From the IMG/VR virus record IMGVR_UViG_3300035182_002586, positions 248,001 to 312,000 of that record: a stretch of 64,000 nucleotides of DNA, one strand, 5' to 3'. A program made the position numbers and the translations under genes. Below are positions 37,999 to 46,043 of the stretch, in pieces (the first letter of the stretch is position 1; each line of letters starts with the position of its first letter). The notes below the pieces were generated by a model. The model searched no databases and had not been told where the DNA came from. It saw nothing but the letters and a program-made list of their open reading frames with translations.

Positions 37999-39696
37999 AT
38001 GGAAGCAACCAAGAAATCCCGTCGTCCCCGATGGTCGGTCGTTCTAGGTACCGTCGCGGGAGTGGTCGCCGTTGCTCTTGTCGTGGCCTGGTTCGTCGCA
38101 CCTGTGATGGTGCGACGCTACGTGGAGCAGCACTACAAGGGGGTCCACATCCAAGGCGGGGTGACCCTATCGTTCCGTGGTGTCGCACTCCACGGGGTCG
38201 AGATCGACAGGGAGGGGGTCAAAGCACAGCTACCCCTCGTGCGTGTGCTCCCGGATGAGAGCGTCGTCGTAGAGGGCGGGACGGCTACCCTCACCCTGAC
38301 GGAAAAGCCAGGGGGCGGTAACAGCGACACGAAGAGACGGGTCGTGGGGTGGTTGGATGCGGCCACGGTCGTGCAGGGGGACGTCAAGGGGACTGCCACG
38401 AAGGTCACGTTCGACGACTTTCGCGTCTGCGCCGAGAAGGTGGAGGCGCAGCACCCAAAGGGTTCGGTGTCTGGTGCCACCGTCTGCGTGAGGAAAGACC
38501 GCACGCTCGTCACGGCCGAGGCGCTGACGGCCACACCGAGCTTCAAGCTCCCCTACATCGACAAGCTGCCGGCCCCGACCCCCAAGGACATCACCGTCAC
38601 TGGCGTCGAGTTCAAACCGAAAGAGCCGAGCGTATCGGTCAAGACGGCCACCTTTGGGCCGGTGTCGGTCAAGTCCGGGTACGCAGCGATCAAGTCCGCG
38701 ACCGTGTATCTCATGGGGGACGTGACTCTGGACCTGGCGGTTCTGCACACGGGGCCGATCACGTTGAAGGACGTGAGCACCAAGATCCCTGTGGCGGATC
38801 TGGCGAACCTGACGAAGATCCCGGTTCAGATCGGCCCCGCTCGGGTGGTGATCAGCCCGGGGGACATGTCCCTCGAAGGGGATGCGAAGTGCCAGGCGTG
38901 GGTCGATGCGTTGCCCACGGAGCTGCGTACGGGCCCCCTTGCCACGATGCGCCTGGAGGGGTCCTTGTCCTTCACAGTCGCCGTGAAGCCCCCCACGCCC
39001 ACGTTCAAGATGAAGGCGGACTGCCACGCCTCGTGTGAGGGGTTCAAGCCTCTGTCGGGGAAGTTCACCTACACGGCCTACGATGCTGACGGAAAGGAGT
39101 TCGTGCGCACGACGGGTCCGGGCACGAAGGACTGGACCCCGATCGGCGAAGTGAGCGCCACGCTTCCGGCCGCCGTGATGTCGACGGAAGACCCCGGGTT
39201 CCTCGGGCACAAGGGGGTCATCCCCGAGGCCATCGAGAACTCGCTGCGGGACGACCTCAAGGCCGACCGCTTCGTGCGCGGGGGCTCCACCATCACGATG
39301 CAGCTCGTGAAGAACGTCTGGCTCCGACGGACCAAGACGCTTGGACGCAAGACCCAAGAGGTCCTGCTGTCGCTCGCGATCGAGTCGTGTCTGTCGAAAG
39401 ACGTGATCATGGAGACGTACCTGAACGTCGTCGAGTTCGGCCCCAATCTCTACGGGGTGGGGCCCGCGTCGCAGCACTACTTCGGAGAAGCTGCGATGAC
39501 TCTCGACCCTGTGCGGTCGTACTACCTGGCTTCGATCCTCCCCGCCCCTCGAAAGGCTCCGCCCCCGAACACCGAGACCTTGGAGCGCATTCGCTCGCTG
39601 ATGATCCGTGTGTCGAAAGAGAGTGGACAGCTCTCGGACACGTTCGGAGCACCTAGCCCTCAGGACGAAGAGGGGTGGGTCGTCAACAAGCCGTAG
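37999..39696 (+). CDS. Membrane-anchored peptidoglycan glycosyltransferase (GT51, monofunctional)
   Basis: N-terminal basic stretch plus TM helix; C-terminal EDPGFLGHKG, RGGSTITMQLVKN, RKTQE and YLNVVEFG GT51 motifs; no transpeptidase domain. Confidence 0.9.
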   Translation: MEATKKSRRPRWSVVLGTVAGVVAVALVVAWFVAPVMVRRYVEQHYKGVHIQGGVTLSFRGVALHGVEIDREGVKAQLPLVRVLPDESVVVEGGTATLTLTEKPGGGNSDTKRRVVGWLDAATVVQGDVKGTATKVTFDDFRVCAEKVEAQHPKGSVSGATVCVRKDRTLVTAEALTATPSFKLPYIDKLPAPTPKDITVTGVEFKPKEPSVSVKTATFGPVSVKSGYAAIKSATVYLMGDVTLDLAVLHTGPITLKDVSTKIPVADLANLTKIPVQIGPARVVISPGDMSLEGDAKCQAWVDALPTELRTGPLATMRLEGSLSFTVAVKPPTPTFKMKADCHASCEGFKPLSGKFTYTAYDADGKEFVRTTGPGTKDWTPIGEVSATLPAAVMSTEDPGFLGHKGVIPEAIENSLRDDLKADRFVRGGSTITMQLVKNVWLRRTKTLGRKTQEVLLSLAIESCLSKDVIMETYLNVVEFGPNLYGVGPASQHYFGEAAMTLDPVRSYYLASILPAPRKAPPPNTETLERIRSLMIRVSKESGQLSDTFGAPSPQDEEGWVVNKP

Positions 39697-39735
39697 CCAG
39701 TCGGAACAATACTCTACTTATGTCTTGTTCCGGCT

Positions 39736-40170
39736 ATGCGACTCTGTACCTGCGGCAACCCTGCGATTTCCGATCGACGTATTTGCACTGCGTGCCGGAA
39801 CAGCAAGCTCCGAGAGCGTTACCAGAACGATACGGAGTTCCGTATGAAACGCCTGTCTGATATGAAAGACAGGTTCAACCCTCAGGTGCGGAGAGAGCGT
39901 TACTACGCACTACAAAGTAAAGCTCTCGCAGTGCTTGGGGGGCCCAAGTGTCGGGTGTGTGGATTTGCTGACCCCAGAGCACTTCAAATCGATCACGTTG
40001 CTGTGGACGGGTACCAACGAAGACGGCAAGGAGAGTCGGGGGAAGCTCTATATCGTAAAGTGATCCGGACTCAAGGGGTTGGGTACCAGATTCTCTGTGC
40101 AAACTGCAACTGGATCAAGAGAGTGGAAGAGGGTAACGGCGGGGGGTCAAAGTCAGGGAGGCTGGGTTAA
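39736..40170 (+). CDS. Small HNH endonuclease
   Basis: CRVCG..DPRALQIDHVAVDG...YQILCANCNWIK; lower GC. Confidence 0.8.
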   Translation: MRLCTCGNPAISDRRICTACRNSKLRERYQNDTEFRMKRLSDMKDRFNPQVRRERYYALQSKALAVLGGPKCRVCGFADPRALQIDHVAVDGYQRRRQGESGEALYRKVIRTQGVGYQILCANCNWIKRVEEGNGGGSKSGRLG

Positions 40171-40182
40171 TCGACCTATACA
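40168..40182 (+). promoter_or_regulatory. Candidate TA-N7-TAT promoter (TAATCGACCTATACA)
   Basis: Upstream of ATG 40217. Confidence 0.35.
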
Positions 40183-40216
40183 AGCGCCTCGACGTACGCC
40201 CACGAAAGGTCTACCG

Positions 40217-40618
40217 ATGCGCCCTGACGACCCCCGCTGGAAGATCGCATCCACCAGCGCCGCTGCTGTCCACGCCGCTCTCGAACACCAGTTCAAGGCC
40301 GTCAAGACGGACCCAAAGGCACTCGGAGAAGCTGCGGCGCAGACGGCGAGGAAGTTCACAGCGGCCGTCCGGGCGTTTCACACCAAGATCGAGGCGTTCG
40401 ACAAGTGGCGGAACCTCCCCGAAGGCGCCTACGAGCTGCCGGAGTTCGCGACCACGTTCGTGTGGGCGGTCGAGAAGGCGGGACCTACACCCGTAGCTCT
40501 CGAACTACGCATGAAAGAGGCGCTGGCGGAGACCCTGCTCGTCGCCCACATCACGGAAGCGTGGTTCGCGGAAGCCCTCACGGCGGTCGGCGGGACGGTC
40601 TGGACCTGGCGCCTCTGA
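40217..40618 (+). CDS. Hypothetical protein (N-terminal WKIAS motif)
   Basis: GAAAGG SD before ATG 40217; helical. Confidence 0.6.
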   Translation: MRPDDPRWKIASTSAAAVHAALEHQFKAVKTDPKALGEAAAQTARKFTAAVRAFHTKIEAFDKWRNLPEGAYELPEFATTFVWAVEKAGPTPVALELRMKEALAETLLVAHITEAWFAEALTAVGGTVWTWRL

Positions 40619-40625
40619 GCTGACG

Positions 40626-40632
40626 TGGTGTA
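40626..40632 (+). promoter_or_regulatory. TGGTGTA candidate promoter for rplL
   Basis: In the intergenic gap, 30 nt before the ATG; a GGAGG SD follows. Confidence 0.45.
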
Positions 40633-40662
40633 TACCTCCGAGTCCACCGGAGGCACCACGCC

Positions 40663-41049
40663 ATGTCGAACGTCAACACGGATCAGATCGCAGAACAGCT
40701 CGGCCAGCTCTCCGTCATGGAGCTGATTGGCCTCACAAAGAAGCTGGAGACCGCCTGGGGCGTTTCGGCGGCGCCTGCCGTCAACCTGGCCCCGCCGACC
40801 CCGTTGCCGGGCACCCCGGTCGTCGCAGAGCAGACGGAGTTCGAGGTCGCCCTCACGGGCCTCGCCGCCCCGGACAAGAAGATCTCGGTCATCAAGGTCA
40901 TCCGGGAAGTCACGGGCCTCGGCCTCAAGGAGGCGAAGGACCTCGTGGAAGCCCTCCCGAAGACCGTGAAGGAAGGCATCGCGAAGGCGGAGGCGGAAGA
41001 CCTCACGAAGAAGCTGCGTGAGGCCGGCGCCACGGTCGAGATGAAGTGA
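40663..41049 (+). CDS. rplL: 50S ribosomal protein L7/L12 (full length)
   Basis: [25 protein letters not shown] and [34 protein letters not shown]...AE.L.KKL.EAGA.VE.K; GGAGG SD. Confidence 0.97.
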   Translation: MSNVNTDQIAEQLGQLSVMELIGLTKKLETAWGVSAAPAVNLAPPTPLPGTPVVAEQTEFEVALTGLAAPDKKISVIKVIREVTGLGLKEAKDLVEALPKTVKEGIAKAEAEDLTKKLREAGATVEMK

Positions 41050-41069
41050 TCGCTCCCTCGGGGCGTGTC

Positions 41070-41076
41070 CGGTGTA
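41070..41076 (+). promoter_or_regulatory. CGGTGTA candidate promoter for pyrB
   Basis: CCGGTGTACCGGCGCGCCCCGATG; no SD. Confidence 0.45.
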
Positions 41077-41089
41077 CCGGCGCGCCCCG

Positions 41090-42043
41090 ATGACGGACAT
41101 CAAACACGCAGTCTCCATCGACCAGTTCGACAACCCCTCGATCGAGAGGTTGTTCCTACGAGCCAGGACTCTTCGGGACGCCGACGTGCAGGCGAGCAGC
41201 CTCGCGGGCAAGGTCCTCGCCTGCCTCTTCTACGAGCCCTCGACCCGCACCTCGTCCAGCTTCATCGCTGCGATGACTCGGGCCGGGGGCTCGGTCATTC
41301 CGATCACTCAAGGGGTGCAGTTCTCCAGCGTCTCGAAGGGCGAGACGCTGGAAGACACGATCGTCACCCTCGGTCAGTACGCCGATGCGATCGTTCTTCG
41401 TCACCCGGAGGTGGGCGCAGCCGCACGGGCGGCCGCTGTCTCCCCGGTCCCGGTCATCAACGCCGGAGACGGTGCCGGAGAACACCCGACGCAGGCGCTC
41501 CTGGACCTCTTCACAATCCAAGAGGAGTGTGGCGGCCGCCTCGACGAGCTGAACGTGACGTTCGTGGGCGACCTTGCGCACGGCCGTACGGTGCACTCGC
41601 TGGCGAAGCTCCTCGCACGGCACAACACGAAGATCAACCTCGTCTCCCCCTTCCTTCTCCGCCTCAACCGGATCGGGGATGACGACCCTACCTACCGGGC
41701 CGTCAAGCATCGGATCGGACGGGAGCGCACCGTCAAGAACGGGCTCCACGAGGCGCAGGACATCCTGAACGATTCGGATGTCATCTACATGACGAGGGTG
41801 CAGAGGGAGCGCTTCACGTACGCGGAAGGGTACGCGGAGGTGAAGGACTCCTGCCTGCTCACGGACGAGATCGTCGCGGGGCTGAAACCTCGTGCGCGCA
41901 TCCTCCACCCGTTCCCGCGCGTGAACGAGATCCCGACCACCATCGACAAGGACCCTCGCGCGGCCTACTTCCGGCAGATTCGCAACGGGCTGTGGGTCCG
42001 GATGGCCCTTCTCGAAAGCGTCATCCTCGGGAGGACGCCGTGA
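41090..42043 (+). CDS. pyrB: Aspartate carbamoyltransferase catalytic subunit
   Basis: FYEPSTRT carbamoyl-phosphate site, SSVSKGETLEDT, NAGDG..EHPTQALLD, VGDL.HGRTVHSL, YMTRVQRER and LHPFPRVNEI. Confidence 0.95.
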   Translation: MTDIKHAVSIDQFDNPSIERLFLRARTLRDADVQASSLAGKVLACLFYEPSTRTSSSFIAAMTRAGGSVIPITQGVQFSSVSKGETLEDTIVTLGQYADAIVLRHPEVGAAARAAAVSPVPVINAGDGAGEHPTQALLDLFTIQEECGGRLDELNVTFVGDLAHGRTVHSLAKLLARHNTKINLVSPFLLRLNRIGDDDPTYRAVKHRIGRERTVKNGLHEAQDILNDSDVIYMTRVQRERFTYAEGYAEVKDSCLLTDEIVAGLKPRARILHPFPRVNEIPTTIDKDPRAAYFRQIRNGLWVRMALLESVILGRTP

Positions 42044-42074
42044 TCGTCGGCATCCTCGGTCTCGCAGGCTTTGG

Positions 42075-42089
42075 TAGTCTGGTTATAGG
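42075..42089 (+). promoter_or_regulatory. Candidate TA-N7-TAT promoter (TAGTCTGGTTATAGG)
   Basis: 11 nt upstream of ATG 42101. Confidence 0.4.
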
Positions 42090-42100
42090 ACGTCCTGAGT

Positions 42101-42931
42101 ATGGCGCTCACGAGTCACATCTACGCCCTCGTTCACCCTATATCTGGTGAGATCCGCTACGTTGGGAAGTGTGTGACGTCGCTCAAGAGACGACTTCACA
42201 ACCACGAGTACCGAGCACGTAGTGGTCGCGACAAAACCCCCAAAGGGGAGTGGATCCGGCAGCTACACCTGAGGGGGTTACACCCCCTCACCCGGCCACT
42301 CGAAGTAACCACAGAGCTTCGATGGCAGGACGCCGAACGACGGTGGATCGCCAAACTACGAGCAGAGGGACACCCGCTTCTGAACTTGCACGCTGGCGGC
42401 AACGGGGCTCACACACGTGCTGCCCTCGCCCCGCAGTATGCAAGCCTTCTCGGAACGATCTCCGACGCTCGAATCGCGGAAATGGCTGGATTGTGTCGAG
42501 AGACGGTAACGTACCACAGAAGAAGGGCTGGTATCCACGCCTCCAACGATCGCAGTCGGGTCAAGTGCACCTTCCAGAAGGGGGCACCCCCTCCTAACAA
42601 GATCGAGATCCCGTCTGCCCTGCTCGGTCAACTGGGAAAGCTGAGTGACGGGGAACTGGCCAAAACCTGCGGTGTGTCGCGAGGGCTGATTAAGCAGCGC
42701 AGAAAGAAAGCCGGGATCGCCCCTGCTCTCCCGAAAGGCAAAACGCCACATGGGACAGACCACCCCAACGCAAAGTTGACTGAGGAAGTCGTCCGTCAGA
42801 TTCGAGCAAGATACAAGCGATACAGCCGGACAGATGGGTGTGGAGTGATGGCCAAGGAACTGGGGATCGATCGCTCCACCGTGCACGACGTGGTGACGGG
42901 TAAGATATGGAGGGTAAGATATGGAGGGTAA
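42101..42931 (+). CDS. GIY-YIG homing endonuclease with repeated HTH modules
   Basis: HIYALVHP..GEIRYVGK motif; two LLG..SD..IA...G HTH repeats; C-terminal HPNAKLTEE.VR.IR. Confidence 0.85.
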   Translation: MALTSHIYALVHPISGEIRYVGKCVTSLKRRLHNHEYRARSGRDKTPKGEWIRQLHLRGLHPLTRPLEVTTELRWQDAERRWIAKLRAEGHPLLNLHAGGNGAHTRAALAPQYASLLGTISDARIAEMAGLCRETVTYHRRRAGIHASNDRSRVKCTFQKGAPPPNKIEIPSALLGQLGKLSDGELAKTCGVSRGLIKQRRKKAGIAPALPKGKTPHGTDHPNAKLTEEVVRQIRARYKRYSRTDGCGVMAKELGIDRSTVHDVVTGKIWRVRYGG

Positions 42932-42944
42932 GATATGGAGGGTA
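42898..42944 (+). repeat. 3 x 14-bp tandem repeat GGGTAAGATATGGA
   Basis: Units at 42898, 42912 and 42926, plus a partial GGGTA. Confidence 0.95.
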
Positions 42945-42949
42945 GTAGG

Positions 42950-43720
42950 ATGCTTCTAGGTATCAGCGGGTTAGCGAACAGCGGCAAGGACACGGTGGCG
43001 AAGTTCCTCGGGGAAGACCTCCGGTTCGTTGGCATCGCGTTCGCTGATCCCCTCAAGCAGATCGCGAAGACGGTCTACCGCTTCACGGACGACCAGCTCT
43101 GGGGGCCGTCCCACATGCGCAACACCCCCGACAAGCGCTACCCTCGGTCTCACACCTGGGTCCTGGCCGATCGGCTCGCCGAGCACGAGATGACGTGCGC
43201 CTGCTGTGGGGCTGGAGCCAACCGCCGACTCGTCGAAGACGACCTGCTCGTGGTCAATGAGGAAGACGTCTCCCCGTGCTACCTCACGCCGAGGTATGCC
43301 CTCCAGCTTCTCGGCACGGAGTGGGGGCGGCAGTGCTACCCCGACACGTGGGCGCTCCTTGGCGTCACCAACGCCAAGGAGCTGCTCGGGCCCAACGGAG
43401 CTGGACTTCGTTACGACAGGGCGCGTGGCATCTGGCGCTCGGACCGGCACCCGACGGAGAAGGCGGCAGGCGTCGCGATCACGGACGTGCGCTTCAAGAA
43501 CGAGATGAGGGTCATCCGTGAAGGCGGCGGGAAGGTCATCCGCGTTCGTCGACCCGGGGCTGGACTTGGGGGCGGGGCCGGGCTCCACCCCTCAGAGGCA
43601 GAGCAGGCGAGCATCCCGGATTCGGCGTTCGACGCGATCATCGAGAACGACGAGACCCTCGACGTTCTGCGTGCGCGGTCGCACGACACCCTGGTGAGCC
43701 TCGGGGCCACGGGTTACTGA
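42950..43720 (+). CDS. Deoxynucleoside monophosphate kinase
   Basis: LLGISGLANSGKDT P-loop, FADPLKQ, TPRYALQLLGTEWGR, ITDVRFKNE and HPSE are the phage dNMP kinase pattern. Confidence 0.9.
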   Translation: MLLGISGLANSGKDTVAKFLGEDLRFVGIAFADPLKQIAKTVYRFTDDQLWGPSHMRNTPDKRYPRSHTWVLADRLAEHEMTCACCGAGANRRLVEDDLLVVNEEDVSPCYLTPRYALQLLGTEWGRQCYPDTWALLGVTNAKELLGPNGAGLRYDRARGIWRSDRHPTEKAAGVAITDVRFKNEMRVIREGGGKVIRVRRPGAGLGGGAGLHPSEAEQASIPDSAFDAIIENDETLDVLRARSHDTLVSLGATGY

Positions 43721-44559
43721 CCCACGGCGGCTCGGCCAGCTTGAAGCAGTTGCGCTGAGATCGCAGGATCGAACGAAACTGGGTTCACGTACGTCATCGA
43801 TGCGGGGGCGAAGACTCGGATACGAGGGGCCTGCCTACCCTTGAACTCCTGCTTCGTCCACGCGTCGATGTCCCCTTCCATCACCCCATCGAGAGCATAG
43901 ATCAGGGCTGCAACAGCGATGGTGGTCAACGTGAGTGCCCGCTTCGGGGGCACCACCATCCAGTCCCCGAGGCCACGCGGAAAGCAGAGGATGATGTCGA
44001 TCTCGTCGGCACCCTCTGCAACGGCCACAGACACAGGGTCGTTGCGTCGGATACCCCCATCAACGTAAGAGGCCCCGTCGATCTCTACGGGCGGGAATAC
44101 GAGCGGGATCGCCGCAGAGGCGAGCACCCACTTGGCGAACGAGGCGTCTTCGCTGCTGCTCGTGTGGACCCGGCCGCTTTGCAGCTCCACCGCGCTCACG
44201 ATGCACTTTGTGTGGAAGGTCGAGCTGCCGGTGATGTACCGCTCGACCAGGTGGCGCAGCGGGGTGGTGCTTCGGAACGAAGGCTTGGCTCGAAGCCAGG
44301 GGACGATCCCGGCAAGGGCTCCGAACCAATTCGCACGATGTACGTGACGGGTGTGGAGTTGTGACCAAAGGGCAACGAGTTCGGCCGCCCGGGCCCTCTG
44401 TTCGTCCTTCGGTGCACACGCAAGGAAGGCTCCGTTGAGGGCACCTACACTGGTGCCAACGACGAGATCCCACGTCGCCCCTTGTTCAGCAAGCCCTTGG
44501 ATAGCGCCTGCCTGGAAGGCTCCGAGAGACCCGCCGCCGCTGAGGACGAGGGCTCGCAT
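43714..44559 (-). CDS. Patatin-like phospholipase
   Basis: LSGGGSLGAFQAG glycine loop, GTSVG nucleophile elbow and VDGG catalytic Asp. Confidence 0.92.
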   Translation of the reverse strand: MRALVLSGGGSLGAFQAGAIQGLAEQGATWDLVVGTSVGALNGAFLACAPKDEQRARAAELVALWSQLHTRHVHRANWFGALAGIVPWLRAKPSFRSTTPLRHLVERYITGSSTFHTKCIVSAVELQSGRVHTSSSEDASFAKWVLASAAIPLVFPPVEIDGASYVDGGIRRNDPVSVAVAEGADEIDIILCFPRGLGDWMVVPPKRALTLTTIAVAALIYALDGVMEGDIDAWTKQEFKGRQAPRIRVFAPASMTYVNPVSFDPAISAQLLQAGRAAVGQ

Positions 44560-44570
44560 ACCCTCTCAGG

Positions 44571-44585
44571 CCGATAGGAGGGCTA
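44571..44585 (-). promoter_or_regulatory. Candidate TA-N7-TATC promoter (TAGCCCTCCTATCGG)
   Basis: 11 nt upstream of the patatin ATG. Confidence 0.45.
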
Positions 44586-44620
44586 GCAGGACCCGGATCC
44601 TCTTGTCGCCGCCCCCTGAC

Positions 44621-45418
44621 ATGACCTGGCTCCTCGGACTCGATGCCGCTCGTTGGCAAGGCAAGCTCAAGGGAAACGCACTCGACGGGTGTGTGGTGAA
44701 AGACAACGCCGGCAAGGTCGTCGGCCCCGTCAAGTTCGCGTACTTCAAGGCCACCCACGGCACCGGCGGCGTCGACGAGCAGTTCGTCTGGAACGCTACG
44801 TCGAGCGCGCCGATGAAGCGTCGCGGCTTCTACATGTGGCTCGTCCCGACGCAGGACCCTCTCAAGCAGGCGGATCACTTCTGCGATGTGGTCAGCGAGT
44901 TCGATCGTCCGACGGACCTCCCTCCGGCGATCGACTTCGAGGACGACGGGAATGGCCGTGTTCGAGGGAAAGCGCTTCTCGACATCGCACGCGCTTGTGT
45001 GATGCGTGTGGAAGAGCGCCTCGGTCTGCGCCGGTCGGTTCTCTACACGGGCAAGTGGTTCTGGCAGCAGGCGTGTGCGGACATCGACGACGACTTCTTC
45101 GCGAAGCGTCCCCTCTGGCACGCGCAGTACCCCGGACACGTGGTGAGCGAAGGCGAGAAGCCCGCCATCGCAAAGCCTTGGGCGTCACGGAACATCGCCG
45201 AGACGTTCTGGCAGTTCGACGGGGACAAGGGCCTCTTCCTCCCTGGTGAGGCAACGGCTCTCGGCAAGCCTGTCGATGCCGACTTCAACCGCTTCATGGG
45301 CAGCGAGGAAGACCTCGACACCTTCACGATGTGGGCCCGGACGCCCTCCGTGGCAGCTTGCCCGCCGGACCCGGATGCGATGGCAGACGATTGGCGCAAG
45401 CCTCCCCCCGCAGTCTGA
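44621..45418 (+). CDS. GH25 muramidase (probable endolysin)
   Basis: GLDAARWQG, FAYFKATHG, LPPAIDFE (DxE), LYTG, LWHAQY, FWQF and VDADFN are GH25 motifs. Confidence 0.88.
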   Translation: MTWLLGLDAARWQGKLKGNALDGCVVKDNAGKVVGPVKFAYFKATHGTGGVDEQFVWNATSSAPMKRRGFYMWLVPTQDPLKQADHFCDVVSEFDRPTDLPPAIDFEDDGNGRVRGKALLDIARACVMRVEERLGLRRSVLYTGKWFWQQACADIDDDFFAKRPLWHAQYPGHVVSEGEKPAIAKPWASRNIAETFWQFDGDKGLFLPGEATALGKPVDADFNRFMGSEEDLDTFTMWARTPSVAACPPDPDAMADDWRKPPPAV

Positions 45419-45438
45419 AGGGTAGGGTAGACACGAAG

Positions 45439-45467
45439 AAGGGCACCCTCTCGGGGGTGCCCTTTTT
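45439..45467. terminator. Intrinsic terminator between convergent genes
   Basis: AAGGGCACCC-TCTCG-GGGTGCCCTT stem followed by T-tract. Confidence 0.85.
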
Positions 45468-45489
45468 GCGTTAGCGCGGGCCTGTCAGA

Positions 45490-45993
45490 TCAGTTCCGCT
45501 TCTTCTTCCCCTCGGGGGCCTTGGCCTTCACGGGCTCTGCCTCCGGGGCGGCTTCGACGACGGGCTCTGCCTCCGCCGGTGCGGGCTCCTCCGCCGGTGC
45601 GGGCTCGGGAGCGGGTTCCTCCGCCTTCACGGGCTCGGGAGCGGGTTCCTCCGCCTTCACGGGCTCGGGAGCGGGCTCGGGAGCGGGCTCGGGAGCGGGC
45701 TCGGGAGCGGGCTCGGGAGCGGGCTCGGGCTCGGGCTTGGGGGCAGGGGCCTTCACGGGCTCGGGAGCGGGCTTGGGGGCACGGGGTGCTGCCTTCGGTG
45801 CAGCCCGTAGCGCTTCCGCCTGTGCGATGAGCGCGAGGAGCCCGTCGATCGACACATCGATCATCCCCGAGGCACCCACCTCCGAGGCGAGCTGCTTCGC
45901 GTACTCCTTTGCGTGGCCGACCTGAAAGCCGTGGGTACGAGCGTACAGGCAGCGAGCCTTGAGTGCAGCGAGTTCGTGGCTGTCCATCGACAT
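45490..45993 (-). CDS. Pro/Glu/Ala-rich (PEPA repeat) protein
   Basis: GAGGAG SD; short helical N-terminus, (PEPA)n linker and basic KKKRN C-terminus. Confidence 0.7.
   Translation of the reverse strand: MSMDSHELAALKARCLYARTHGFQVGHAKEYAKQLASEVGASGMIDVSIDGLLALIAQAEALRAAPKAAPRAPKPAPEPVKAPAPKPEPEPAPEPAPEPAPEPAPEPAPEPVKAEEPAPEPVKAEEPAPEPAPAEEPAPAEAEPVVEAAPEAEPVKAKAPEGKKKRN
45545..45775 (-). repeat. 12-bp coding repeat (gcgggctcggga; PEPA) and longer AEEPAPEP duplications
   Basis: Directly visible tandem units. Confidence 0.9.
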
Positions 45994-46043
45994 GGGGTAC
46001 TCCTCGTTTTCCGATAGACAGCCCTATAAGAACTCTCTCCAGC

